From Pelagomonas calceolata (lineage: Eukaryota), in assembly GCA_918797485.1 (NCBI GenBank), contig CAKKNE010000001.1:4340001-4404000 (forward strand): 64,000 nucleotides of DNA. The letters are read 5' to 3'. Made by a program: the position numbers and the translations under genes. Position 1 is the stretch's first letter, and every line of letters begins with the position of its first letter. This document shows positions 1-10,272 of the stretch, in pieces. The notes below the pieces were generated by a model, which ran no database searches, was not told the origin of the DNA, and was given only the letters and a program-made list of their open reading frames with translations.

Positions 1-1201
1 ACTTGACCGCAGCCGACATGGCCGCGGCCGAGGCGGCGACGCTCGTCGCGCCGGCCGTCGCCGCCGCCTTTTGCGCCGCGGTCTGGACGGCGGGCGCGGC
101 CGCGGCGTAAGCTTTTGTCACGACGGGCGCCGCGGCCGAGTACACCTTCGTCACGGCGAGTGCGGCGGCCGAGTAGGCCGTCGAGAGCGTCCGCACCGCC
201 GGGGCGCTCCGCTCCGCGACGACGGAGACGGCCTGCGCACTTTGTTCCTTGAGCGCCGCGGCGCGCTTCGCGGCCGCTTGAGTAGCGCGCTCCTTGAGCA
301 ATTCCGCGTAGGGCCCGCCGCGCGCCGCCGCGCGTTTAGCCGCCTCCTGCGCGGCCTTCTGCGTCTCCTGGGCTTTCTTGGAGAGGGCGGACTGGGCCTG
401 CTGGCTTAGTTTGGCGGAGACGGCGGGCGCGTCCTTGTAGGCCTTTTCCAGGGACCGCTTGGCGGTCTCGGTGTACGTCGGGGCCTTTTTCGCGGTAGAA
501 TCGATGGTCTTGTAGATAGTGACCGCGGACGAGGCGATGGGCTTGACGGCGTCCTCGACGGCCTTGGACTTGAGGGGCGTGTAGGGTCGCCCCTGCACGA
601 CCTCGAACAGATCCAAAGCGCCGGAAAGTGCCTTCTTTGCTCCTACGGCAGCCTTCTCCGCGGGCGTGGGCGGCGGCGGCGGCGGCGGGGTGGCCTGCTT
701 CTTGATCGTGGCGACCGTGAGGAAGAGCGCGATGGTCGTCGCACCGGCGAGCTCAATGTCCGTCCAGCCCGCGGCATGTCCTGCGTCGACGACCGCGGCG
801 AACGCGCCGCTCGCTGTGGAAGCGCCCGTTGATAAGGCTGCTTCGACGGCCGGTTTCAGCGCATCGCCGCCCTCTTTCAGGGCCGGCACGACTTTCGTAG
901 AGAACGCCTCCGAAGCCTTGCCCGCGAGTTCGCCGAGCGCGGCCGCCTCGGCGCCGAGCGCGGGGCCCACTTTCGTTGTAATGAATTCGGAAACGCCACC
1001 GGCCGCGCCGGCCACGGCGTCGGGCGCGTTGTAGAGGGCTGCCAGCTGCTCTGCACTTAATGAATTAACAACGTCGTCGGGCAGGAGGTCCGCGACGGCT
1101 TGTACTTGGATCGCGCGGCGCGCTGTCGCGGCTTTCGTCGTTGGTTGGAGGAAGGCGTACGCGGCGGTCGCGCACGCGAGCTGTAACCAAAAGCGCGCCA
1201 T
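1..1201 (-). CDS. Plastid-targeted Ala-rich hypothetical protein, 3' end outside the window
   Basis: ATG at 1201 gives MARFWLQLACATAAYA|FLQPTTK, a signal peptide plus the heterokont 'A-F' plastid motif. No stop was seen in the frame read towards the window edge. One hydrophobic segment (IALFLTVATI) and a poly-Pro tract. Absent from the ORF track, presumably because it has no stop in the window. Confidence 0.7.
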   Translation of the reverse strand, partial: MARFWLQLACATAAYAFLQPTTKAATARRAIQVQAVADLLPDDVVNSLSAEQLAALYNAPDAVAGAAGGVSEFITTKVGPALGAEAAALGELAGKASEAFSTKVVPALKEGGDALKPAVEAALSTGASTASGAFAAVVDAGHAAGWTDIELAGATTIALFLTVATIKKQATPPPPPPPTPAEKAAVGAKKALSGALDLFEVVQGRPYTPLKSKAVEDAVKPIASSAVTIYKTIDSTAKKAPTYTETAKRSLEKAYKDAPAVSAKLSQQAQSALSKKAQETQKAAQEAAKRAAARGGPYAELLKERATQAAAKRAAALKEQSAQAVSVVAERSAPAVRTLSTAYSAAALAVTKVYSAAAPVVTKAYAAAAPAVQTAAQKAAATAGATSVAASAAAMSAAVK

Positions 1202-1677
1202 TCTGTTGTTTTGGGTATGGCTGGAGTCTGGGAGAGCTTGTTTGTTGCGCACAGAGTGCCGTTATCAGCGCTGATTGCCGAGCAGCCAAGTTGTGATCTG
1301 TTTTGTGCACTGTTGATTTCTTGTGCCCCAAGATTTGGCAGCGGCTGTGAAAATCCCCCCGCCGATTTCGAGCACGATGGCGCGTGGCAGGGCTGCGGCG
1401 AGTTCAGCATTTGGGACACGTAGTCGTCCGGATGCCGGTTGGAGGACCCTCAAAGAACCTCCTACCGGACCTTTCCTTCCCAAAACCCGAATTGCGCGAA
1501 AAACCCGTCGCAGAAGGCGTCTTTGCTAGCATGCTAGCCACCGACTTTCAGCCGTCATAAGCGCATCGTTGCTGCACGCAGACGCGTTACGGCTGGTCCA
1601 TATCGTCCCGCGGGCAGTCAGCTGCAATCGCTGCGTCAAACCCCGCATCTTACGAGCCAGTAGACCTCATATAGAAC

Positions 1678-2911
1678 ATGCTCCGCACCGCCATCCGTCG
1701 CGCGGCCAGCGCGCGCCCTGCGCGACGCACCCTCTCCGAAGCGTCCATCACCGTCGACTTCCCGGGCGCCTACACGGCCCACCTGGGCGACGAGCCCGCG
1801 GCGACGGCCGAGACCAATAAAACCGAGCTCCTCGAGTACTTCAAGACCATGTACACGATGCGCCGCATGGAGATTACGTGTGATAACGAGTACAAGGCCC
1901 GGACGATCCGCGGGTTCTGCCATTTGTACGACGGCCAGGAGGCGATCGGCACGGGCGTGCAGGCGGCCCTGTCCCCGGAGGACTCGTGGATCACGTCCTA
2001 CCGATGCCACTGCATCGCCTTGGCGCGAGGCGGTACGGTCGAGGGCGTCTTAGCGGAGCTCATGGGCCAGTCGCACGGCCAGACGGGCGGCAAGGGCGGG
2101 AGCATGCACTTCTACAACAAGGAGCACAACTTCTTCGGGGGCCAGGGCATCGTCGGCGCGCAGGTGCCGGTGGGCACGGGTCTAGCCTTCGCGAACAAGT
2201 ACAAGACGCCCCTGGGCGAGCCGATGCCGGTGGCGATCGGCTGCTACGGCGACGGCGCGGCGAACCAGGGCCAGATCTGGGAGTCCATGAACATGGCTGC
2301 TTTGTGGAAATTGCCCATGATTTTTTGCATCGAGAACAACCAGTACGGCATGGGCACGTCCATCTCGAGGTCGTCGTGCAACAACGACTACTACACGATG
2401 GGCAACGTCATCCCCGGGCTGAAGATGGCGCGTTGCCGTGCGAAAACAAAAATTCACGCCATCGACGCGACGGTTTATTTCCACACAGGACGGCATGAAC
2501 GTGTTGTCGGTGCGCGAAGGCATGAAGCACGTGCGGGACTACGTCTCCCAGGGCAACGGGCCCATGGTCGTCGAGATGTCGACGTACAGATACCACGGCC
2601 ATAGCATGTCCGACCCCGGCACGACGTACAGAAACCGCGACGAGATCGCGGCGATGCGCCAGACGCGCGATCCGATCGAGTTCGTGAAGAACTTATTATT
2701 AGAACACACGGACGCGACGGAGGACGAGCTCAAGGCGATCGAGAAGGACGTGCGGGCGGAAGTGGCCGCTGCCTGCGACCGCGCGAAAGCTGGCAGCCCG
2801 CCGTCCTCCATCGACGAGCTCGTGGGCAACATCTACCTCGACGCCGAGGGCAAGGACGTGCCGCAGCCGTACATCCGCATGCCCGACTACGAGAAGAGCA
2901 TCCGCGCCTAG
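1678..2911 (+). CDS. PDHA1: Mitochondrial pyruvate dehydrogenase E1 alpha, copy 1; join(1678..2427,2489..2911), 390 aa
   Basis: Motifs IRGFCHL, GKGGSMH, GDGAANQGQ...NN (ThDP binding) and YHGHSMSDPG. Removing the GC-AG intron 2428..2488 gives GLKM|DGMNV, identical to the intronless paralog. Confidence 0.95.
2428..2488 (+). mobile_element. 61-nt GC-AG intron, a degenerate introner
   Basis: Ends TTTATTTCCACACAG. Eight nt from the 5' end is CCGTGCGAAAACAAA, an 11/15 match to the inverted 3' end. Contains the family core CACGCCATCGACGCGACG. Absent from PDH copy 2. Confidence 0.85.
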
Positions 2912-3150
2912 GTCCTTTCTTCCCCCCTCATCGCATAAGTCTGTAAACTACGGACGCGCGCGCGCGGCGTCTAGTGTGCGGGGTTTTTAGAGCTGGCCTC
3001 GTGAAATGCGCTCTGGATTGCTGCAACGCCTCGGTTCCTCGCGCGTTGAGTCCTGGCGCGATCGTGGGATCTAGGTGCGGGGTAAGAGCTTTCCGAAGCG
3101 CCGCCGCGTGCATTGCATTGGCTGCCCGAGGCTGCGAATGCTTCAGTAGG

Positions 3151-4326
3151 ATGCTCCGCACCGCCCTGCGCCGCGCCGCGGCTGCGCGCCCCCATGCGCG
3201 AAGCCTATCTGCCGAAGCGTCGATCACCGTCGAGTTCCCGGGAGCATACACTGCCTACCTCTCCGAAGAACCCGCCGCAGCAGCGGAAACAACTAAGGCC
3301 GAACTGCTTGAGTACTTCAAGACCATGTACACGATGCGCCGCATGGAACTTATGTGTGACGATCAGTACAAAAAGAGGGAAATCCGAGGCTTCTGCCATT
3401 TGTACGACGGTCAGGAGGCTGTCGGGACCGGCATCCAGGCGGCCCTGTCCCCAGAGGACTCGTGGATCACTTCGTATAGATGCCACTGCATCGCGCTGGC
3501 GCGCGGCGGCAGCGTCGAGGGCGTTCTCGCGGAATTAATGGGCCGATCACATGGCCAGACGGGCGGCATAGGGGGCTCCATGCACTTCTACAACAAAAAG
3601 GAAAACTTCTTCGGCGGGCAGGGCATCGTCGGCGCGCAGGTGCCGGTGGGCACGGGTCTAGCCTTCGCGAACAAGTACAAGACGCCCCTGGGCGAGCCGA
3701 TGCCGGTGGCGATCGGCTGCTACGGCGACGGCGCGGCGAACCAGGGCCAGATCTGGGAGTCCATGAACATGGCTGCTTTGTGGAAATTACCGATGATCTT
3801 CTGCATCGAGAACAACCAGTACGGCATGGGCACGTCGATCGCTCGCCACAGTTGCAACAACGACTACTACACCATGGGAAACGTCATTGCCGGGTTAAAA
3901 ATGGATGGCATGAACGTGCTGTCAGTGCGCGAGGGCATGAAACACGTGCGGGACTACGTCTCCCAGGGCAACGGGCCGATGGTCGTCGAGATGTCGACGT
4001 ATAGATACCACGGCCATAGCATGTCCGACCCAGGCAAGATCTACCGCGACGGGGCCGAGGTCAAGGCCATGAGGGAGAATAACGATCCGATCAAGAACGT
4101 GAGGCAGTTGCTCCTGGGGCACACGGACGCCACCGAAGATGAATTGAATACGATTGAGAAGAACATCAGGGCGGAGGTCGAGGCCGCGCGCGACCGGGCA
4201 TTGGCTGGGAGCACGCCTTCGTCAACCGACGACCTCGTGCGGAACATCTATCTTGATGAACACGGCAAGGACGTGCCGCAGAGCTATATCCGCCTGCCCG
4301 ACTACGAGAAGTCTATTCGCGCTTAG
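3151..4326 (+). CDS. PDHA1: Mitochondrial pyruvate dehydrogenase E1 alpha, copy 2 (intronless, 391 aa)
   Basis: Tandem paralog of copy 1. Start placed at the ATG at 3151 (MLRTALRRAAAAR) by alignment with copy 1. Same ThDP and phosphorylation-loop motifs. Confidence 0.95.
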   Translation: MLRTALRRAAAARPHARSLSAEASITVEFPGAYTAYLSEEPAAAAETTKAELLEYFKTMYTMRRMELMCDDQYKKREIRGFCHLYDGQEAVGTGIQAALSPEDSWITSYRCHCIALARGGSVEGVLAELMGRSHGQTGGIGGSMHFYNKKENFFGGQGIVGAQVPVGTGLAFANKYKTPLGEPMPVAIGCYGDGAANQGQIWESMNMAALWKLPMIFCIENNQYGMGTSIARHSCNNDYYTMGNVIAGLKMDGMNVLSVREGMKHVRDYVSQGNGPMVVEMSTYRYHGHSMSDPGKIYRDGAEVKAMRENNDPIKNVRQLLLGHTDATEDELNTIEKNIRAEVEAARDRALAGSTPSSTDDLVRNIYLDEHGKDVPQSYIRLPDYEKSIRA

Positions 4327-4516
4327 TCGCTCCCTTTTTTCTCAATACGTATTGGATATGACGCTCCGCGAGTTCTACCGCGGCTGAAGCAGTGAGCGCG
4401 TTTATCATTTTCCCCCCGTCGCGCATAAGTACGTTCTTCACAAATGCCCCATTTACGCCGTCGACGCGCATCAGATACAACAGGAATCTTATTCGAATGA
4501 ATTGGGGGACAACGGC

Positions 4517-5596
4517 TCACGCACTCCCCGTGCGACCGCGGCTCTCGGGCCAGCCGAAGAACTGGCGGAGGCCCGCTGCGCGCTCGGACAGGCCCGAGTG
4601 CGAGCGCTGCCGCGCGCCGCCCGCGGCCGCGCGCGAGCTTTGGGTGCGGTTGTGGAGGCGCGCTGGTGGTGGTGGTGCCTGCTGCGCCCTCCTACCAGAA
4701 ATGAACGCCGCCGTGCGCTCCTGCACCGACGGCCGCCGCGGCGCCGCGAGGCGATCGATAACTTGCGCCGGCGCCATTTCTTCATTGGACCCGGGGTCCC
4801 ACGGCACGCTCACGGAGTACCTTCCAGAAGGGTTCCAGGCGTCGAGCTCGCGGAAGCACCGCACGACCTCGTCAACCGCGACGTCCCCAAACTCGACCCG
4901 CAAGGCCACGAGTTCCGGGTCGTCGCGATCTACAACATCCTTCGCCTCTCCATTCTGATCAACTATCACGCGTGTGGGCTGGAACTCGTGGCACCGCAGC
5001 CGCTCCTGCAGCTCCGAGATCTGCAGCATCGTCATGCCTCTCTGTGTGAGTCGTCTGACATCGAGCTGGCCCATGACCTTGATGGGGATGGACTCGTTGG
5101 TTTTGGACGCCTCGACGGCGGCCTTCCTTGCTGCTACTAACTGTTTTTGTGCTTCCCTTTGAGCCTCGAGCGTGGGTTCAAAGGTCGCATAAGCCAGGTC
5201 CAATTCAGCTTTTGTGGCCTCTAAATCAGACTCCTGGGGAGCTGTCGATTGGAGGGAAGCCCGCCTTCTCAACTCAAAACGCGCCGCCTCGGACGCGTAG
5301 CGGTCGTCGGCGCGGCGCGAGGCCTCCTGCAGCGCGGTTTCCAAATCATCGCGCATCTTCCGCTCGGTCTCGGCCCATCTTCTATCATGCGCGGCCTTTT
5401 CCTTGGCGAAGCGCTGTTCGAAGGTGCTCCTTAGTGAAGAGCAGGCCCGTTCCACGTCTCGCGCGCAGTCGGCGCGTAACCTTAACAACTCGTTGGCGTC
5501 GTCCTTTTCTGGCGTCGGGATGCGCACGGCTTTGACGGGCTTTTCCTCCGTCTCGGCGGCCACGACGACGTCCTCCGGCGCCGCGGCGCTGTCCAT
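4517..5596 (-). CDS. Coiled-coil plus XH-domain protein (IDN2/FDM-like C-terminal domain)
   Basis: IKVMGQLD ... FQPTRVIVDQNGEAKDVVDRDDPELVALRVEFGDVAVDEVVRCFRELDAWNPSGRYSVSVPW matches the XH consensus as I recall it (VKRMGELD...WHPFKV...EVIDEDDEKL..LK.E.G..VY.AV..AL.E.NEYNPSGRY.V.ELW). Confidence 0.8.
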   Translation of the reverse strand: MDSAAAPEDVVVAAETEEKPVKAVRIPTPEKDDANELLRLRADCARDVERACSSLRSTFEQRFAKEKAAHDRRWAETERKMRDDLETALQEASRRADDRYASEAARFELRRRASLQSTAPQESDLEATKAELDLAYATFEPTLEAQREAQKQLVAARKAAVEASKTNESIPIKVMGQLDVRRLTQRGMTMLQISELQERLRCHEFQPTRVIVDQNGEAKDVVDRDDPELVALRVEFGDVAVDEVVRCFRELDAWNPSGRYSVSVPWDPGSNEEMAPAQVIDRLAAPRRPSVQERTAAFISGRRAQQAPPPPARLHNRTQSSRAAAGGARQRSHSGLSERAAGLRQFFGWPESRGRTGSA

Positions 5597-6188
5597 TTTC
5601 TTGTTTTTGTGGGCTGGAGGCGCTGCGGTCCTGTCGCTTTCCGCCTTCGGTCTCTCGTCTGAGAGAGCACTCGGGTCACAGAGACGAAATTGGACCTCCT
5701 ACCGTCGGTTTTTCTACCCACGACCGGGTCAGGCCTTGAAGAGAGATCGTGTGCGCTCTCGCGCGGCCCGCAACGGGCGTGGATCGTACGCCGCCGCCGA
5801 ATGTGACGCGCTCCGCAGCCAAGTGCTGAGACCCAGGCCTCGGCGCCCGATCAGCCGAAAAGCAAGCCAGCGACGCGTCCAGGCGTCTTCGGAGAGCCTT
5901 GGGACGGCCCCTGACTCTGGTTTGCAATATCTGACAAAGGTCGCGGGGCACCACCAAGCTACAGCTCGCATGCAAGGGCAAAGCAAGGATTCAGCCCGGT
6001 CGGCTATCGCTGGTGCTTTAGATTCATTGCTGGTAGACCTTTGTCTCGGCACAGCACGATCCGCAAGCTTGAGCTAACGCTAAGCAGCCGCGTATCCCAA
6101 TTGCCAAGCAAACTGCTATAGCCTCGCTACACTGCTAGACGCGCGATCGACCGAACGACGGGCTCCAGGCGCCGCACGAGCAGCTAAC

Positions 6189-7742
6189 ATGAGGCGGCTC
6201 AGCGACGCGCCCCGCCTTTTGCTCCTCTTAGCGCTCGCGCGCGCCTTCCACCGGCCGCTTCGCTCCCGCAATTGGCTGCGGCCGGGCGCCCAGGCCGACT
6301 CTATTGACAAAAAACCTAGAAGGAACGTGGCCAAAGCGGCCCAGAGAGCCGCTTCGACTATTCGGGGCGGCGTGGGCGATGTTGCGAAAGGCGTCGCTAA
6401 TAGGTTACCAGGCAGACGAAAGGGACCCCTCAGGATAGCTCTGTTAGTAGAACCGACGCCCTTCACGCACGTTTCTGGCTATGCCAACAGGTTCAAGGAA
6501 CAACTCAAGTACCTGAAGGAGTTTGGGGACGAAGTCGCAGTCGCGACGCCTGATGACAAACCGGAGGCACCAGACGAGTTCATGGGCTACCCCATTACCA
6601 CGCTCGAAGGTTTTAGGTTTCCCCTGTATGCCCACCTCTGCTTGACCGGCGACTTCAAGGGCGAGGCCAGGAGGATGGTCGAGAAGTTCAAGCCCGACGT
6701 CATCCACGCGTCGTCGCCCGGTTTTTTTGCGTTGGCGGCGACTGGTATTGCGAAGGCCTTGGACGTGCCCCTGGTGCTGTCGTACCACACGCACCTACCC
6801 GTGTATGCCGAACGGTACGCGTCGTGGCTTCCGTTCTCTAGAAGTAGTGCCTGGCTGGCCATCAAGGCCGCCCACGCCTTCGCCGACGTGACACTCGTCA
6901 CCTCACCACAGATCATGGACGAGTTCAAGCAGCACCACATCCGCAACGTGAAGGTATGGCAGAAAGGGATCGACGTCGACATCTTCAATCCCGAGTTCCG
7001 GGATAGCGCGACGAGGAACGTATTGGCCCCGAAGAACCCGTCGAAGACCATCCTGCTCTATGTCGGGAGAATATCGGTAGAGAAGAGACTCGAGGACGTG
7101 GCGGAAGTGTTACGGGCGAGGCCCGAGACCGTCTTTTCGATCGTTGGGGGCGGCCCGCACGAGGCGGAGCTGCGCAAGTTCTTCGCGGAGTTCGGCGATC
7201 GCGTGCATTTTGTCGGGGTCTTGCGAGGAGAAGCTTTGTCGAAGGCGTACGCGTCGGCGGACATGTTCGTCATGCCGTCCGACAGTGAGACGCTGGGCTT
7301 CGTGGTGATTGAGGCCATGGCGTCGGGCCTGCCTATTGTCGCTGCCGATGCTGGAGGTATTCCGAGCATCGTGGACCATGAGTCGAATGGTATATTGGTC
7401 AAGCCCGGGGACACGAAAGCTTTTGCGGCGGCGTGTGGGCGGGTCCTTGATGATGCGTCCATGCGGGAACGACTCACGACGCGCGGAAGGAGTGACGCCG
7501 AGGGCTGGTCGTGGCGCGCGGCCACGAAAAACCTGCGCGAGGAGCATTATTATTCTGCTATTAGGCGACATGCAGCTTTGAAGAGAGAACGGGACAATGG
7601 CGGCGCCGGCATCCTCTCCTACATCTGGCCGCGGCGCATGCGGCTCTGGACGGGCCAGCTGCGGCGCTACTTCTCGTTCGTCTTCCTGAAGTTCTACGCG
7701 CTGGCCGCGTGGGTGCCCCTGCGCGGCATGAGCGCCGGTTAG
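6189..7742 (+). CDS. SQD2: Sulfoquinovosyltransferase (sulfolipid synthase, GT4), plastid-targeted
   Basis: ALLVEPTPFTHVSGYANRF, SYHTHLPVY and MPSDSETLGFVVIEAMASG motifs. Presequence LALARA|FHRP. Confidence 0.9.
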   Translation: MRRLSDAPRLLLLLALARAFHRPLRSRNWLRPGAQADSIDKKPRRNVAKAAQRAASTIRGGVGDVAKGVANRLPGRRKGPLRIALLVEPTPFTHVSGYANRFKEQLKYLKEFGDEVAVATPDDKPEAPDEFMGYPITTLEGFRFPLYAHLCLTGDFKGEARRMVEKFKPDVIHASSPGFFALAATGIAKALDVPLVLSYHTHLPVYAERYASWLPFSRSSAWLAIKAAHAFADVTLVTSPQIMDEFKQHHIRNVKVWQKGIDVDIFNPEFRDSATRNVLAPKNPSKTILLYVGRISVEKRLEDVAEVLRARPETVFSIVGGGPHEAELRKFFAEFGDRVHFVGVLRGEALSKAYASADMFVMPSDSETLGFVVIEAMASGLPIVAADAGGIPSIVDHESNGILVKPGDTKAFAAACGRVLDDASMRERLTTRGRSDAEGWSWRAATKNLREEHYYSAIRRHAALKRERDNGGAGILSYIWPRRMRLWTGQLRRYFSFVFLKFYALAAWVPLRGMSAG

Positions 7743-7911
7743 AAAGTCCCTTCCCCCCTTGCCCCGTGACATAAACGCATGGCTGGTTTATATCTCTCGG
7801 CGCCACCCCTGCGCCATCGCCGCCGCGACCCGATACACACTCCAATCGCGTCGCGGCGACGGCGTTGTAGAACGAGCTCGAAAGACGAAACTTATATCAT
7901 ATGGAACACAC

Positions 7912-8874
7912 CTACTTCGTCACGGGCAGCGCCTTGCCCGCCTTGTCGGCCTTGGCCGACTGCTGGTAGGCCACCGACGCGAGGATGCAGACGACGATGG
8001 AGAACTGCGCCTCGATGGACGCGTGGTGCGACCAGGCCAGCACGTTGATGGCCACCGTCGCCAGCTTGCAGGCCACGCCGAGCACCGTGAACTGCGTGGC
8101 GCTCACGGCTGAGCGAGTCCCCCACGCGCTGAACGAGATGCCGATGGCCAAAACGCACGACAATAATAAAGGTACTAACGTCGTCATCGTCATGAGCGGT
8201 TCCGACTCGGCCTCCGGCGTCTGGACCAAGAGTCGCAGGGACTGGAACTCGCCTGATACCAACGAAGCAAAGGGCCAGAGGAATAACGCGATCGTGTTCT
8301 GGTAGAGCACCAGCGACCACGTCGACAGTTGAATCGTGGCCGTGACGTGCTTGGCGTAGACCATCTCCGTCACGATGATGCTCAGGTAGACGACGCCCCA
8401 GGCGTAGCCGGCCGGCGTGATGCGCGCGTCGTTGTGCGCGTAACTCGCCGCGCCCAGCGCGATAGCACAAAGACAACACAGCGTGCGCCGCGAAGGGGCT
8501 GGTTCTCCCCTTACCACGGTGTCTAGAGCGGAGACCAATAACGGCGTCAAACTTCGAAAGGCGATGAACGTTTCTACCGTCGCATATTTCAGCACTTGGC
8601 CATTGGTAAAAATGGCGAGGTAGAACACGATGTTTATCGGCGCCATCTGCATGAGCTTATCCTTTCTCAAAGGTTCTACGTCGATGTATTTCAGAGTGCC
8701 CGCGATGCTAACGACCACGGCCGTCGTGAGAAACTGGCAGGCCGTGACGAGGCCCGGGTAGGGGAGGCCCAGTAGCGCCCACTTGTTCACTATGCTGAGG
8801 GTGGAGGAGCAAACAGCATATAAAGATGCCATGAGCGCGACGTACGCGGCGCTCGGCGGCGGCGGCGGCGCCAT
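7912..8874 (-). CDS. Nucleotide-sugar (GDP-mannose/fucose) transporter, GONST/SLC35-like
   Basis: Multi-TM protein with LSIVNKWAL, VETFIAFRSLTPLLV and SATQFTVLGVACKL. The frame stays open upstream of the ATG, so the true start may be further 5'. Confidence 0.85.
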   Translation of the reverse strand: MAPPPPPSAAYVALMASLYAVCSSTLSIVNKWALLGLPYPGLVTACQFLTTAVVVSIAGTLKYIDVEPLRKDKLMQMAPINIVFYLAIFTNGQVLKYATVETFIAFRSLTPLLVSALDTVVRGEPAPSRRTLCCLCAIALGAASYAHNDARITPAGYAWGVVYLSIIVTEMVYAKHVTATIQLSTWSLVLYQNTIALFLWPFASLVSGEFQSLRLLVQTPEAESEPLMTMTTLVPLLLSCVLAIGISFSAWGTRSAVSATQFTVLGVACKLATVAINVLAWSHHASIEAQFSIVVCILASVAYQQSAKADKAGKALPVTK

Positions 8875-8952
8875 GGCGGCCTCGTCGTCGAGGAGCTTGC
8901 CGGCGGCCTCTTCGTCTGCCTTGCTGTCAGCCAGCTTTCCTGGCCCCGGCGT

Positions 8953-9062
8953 GTGGCGCCGGAGACGGATGCTGGTGGGAGGCTGCGTCGTCGGCCTCGC
9001 TTGTCCGCGTCGGCTGGTGGCGCCGGAGACGGATGCAGGTGGGCGGCGTCGTCGGCCTCGCT
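8953..9062. repeat. Imperfect direct repeat, two ~47-nt copies about 64 nt apart
   Basis: GTGGCGCCGGAGACGGATGC(T/A)GGTGGG...GCGTCGTCGGCCTCGCT at ~8953 and ~9017. Confidence 0.75.
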
Positions 9063-9294
9063 GTCAAGCTGTCGGCTTGCGTCGCAGAAAGTTGCCTCGC
9101 TGCAAGTTCTGCTGCAAATTGCCTTTATGATAGCTAGCCTGGCAGCTTGGATGCAGCTAGGGTGGTGTATATTCGATCGAGCGGTCGACGCGAAAAAAAT
9201 TGAGGCGTTTAAGTGTGTCTATACTCCGCTAGCCCAACTCACAATAATCTCTCAATTGTGGGCTTAGTCCGGCTGGTAAATACGAGAAAACAAG

Positions 9295-10272
9295 ATGAAC
9301 ACACGCACCGAATGGCATTTCTGCATACTAATCGTATGCCAGGCTTTGACGCCCCAACCACCGCCTACCAAGCAGCAGCACAGGCCACAGCCATGCACCA
9401 CAGCTAGGCGCGGCGCGCTGCAAGCGTTAGTGGCGGCACCCGTCGTCAGAGCCATCGCGGCCAGCGCGGCAGAAACGCCACAAACGCCGACGGTCTCGCG
9501 CGAAGTCCTCTCGGGCCTCGCCGGCGGCGCCGCGCAACGAATCACCAAGGATGTGGTGTTGTACCCCATCGACACGGTCAAGGTCCGACTCCAGACGGTC
9601 CAGGGACGAACATTGAGCCGGCGCGTCTTCGTGGACCCCTACGCGGGCGTTTTGGCCCCGCTCGTCGTCGGCGTGCCGGCCGCGGCGCTCTTCTTCGGCG
9701 TCAAGGACGGGCTGGGGGAGCTCGCGGCGGAGCGAGGACTCACAGATCCGTTTTTAGTGGAGGCAGTGACAGTATGTCTGGCGAACGCCCCGTACTGGCT
9801 CGCCCGCGCGCCGATTGAACTCATCAAGACGCGGCAGCAGCTCGCCAACACTACGATGGAGAAGCCCTGGGCCGTCGCACAAACAATCATCGAGAGCGAC
9901 GGCCTCGCCGGCCTCTGGACGGGTTTCCGGGAGAGCTACTGGCACGCGGTGCCCGCGGACGTCCTCAAGTTTTCGGTCTATCGAGCGCTGAAGGACAGGT
10001 ACGGCGGCGCCGGCATCTTCAGAAAAGCTCTGTTGGGGTCCGCCGCGTCCGCGGTGGCATTGTCCGCCACCACACCTCTCGACGTCGCCAAGACGCGAAG
10101 CATGGAGCGCGGCGCCGCCAGCGAAGATATCATCAAGCGCCTCGGTGCTATCCTGGATACGGAGGGCGTCGGGGCGCTGTACGCGGGTTTGGGTCCGCGC
10201 GTCGCGCGCGCCGCGGTCTCCGGTGGCTTGCAGTTCGGGTCGTACGAAGCGGCGAAGAGGCTCTTCGGTTGA
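9295..10272 (+). CDS. Mitochondrial carrier family (SLC25, SAM-carrier-like) protein with an N-terminal targeting extension
   Basis: Three Px[DE]xx[KR]x[RK] signatures: PIDTVKVR, PIELIKTR and PLDVAKTR. Hydrophobic N-terminus. Confidence 0.85.
   Translation: MNTRTEWHFCILIVCQALTPQPPPTKQQHRPQPCTTARRGALQALVAAPVVRAIAASAAETPQTPTVSREVLSGLAGGAAQRITKDVVLYPIDTVKVRLQTVQGRTLSRRVFVDPYAGVLAPLVVGVPAAALFFGVKDGLGELAAERGLTDPFLVEAVTVCLANAPYWLARAPIELIKTRQQLANTTMEKPWAVAQTIIESDGLAGLWTGFRESYWHAVPADVLKFSVYRALKDRYGGAGIFRKALLGSAASAVALSATTPLDVAKTRSMERGAASEDIIKRLGAILDTEGVGALYAGLGPRVARAAVSGGLQFGSYEAAKRLFG

Noticed and set aside
2974..3150. 59-aa N-terminal extension of PDH copy 2 in the ORF track
   Set aside because: It begins at GTG, and alignment with copy 1 places the start at the ATG at 3151.
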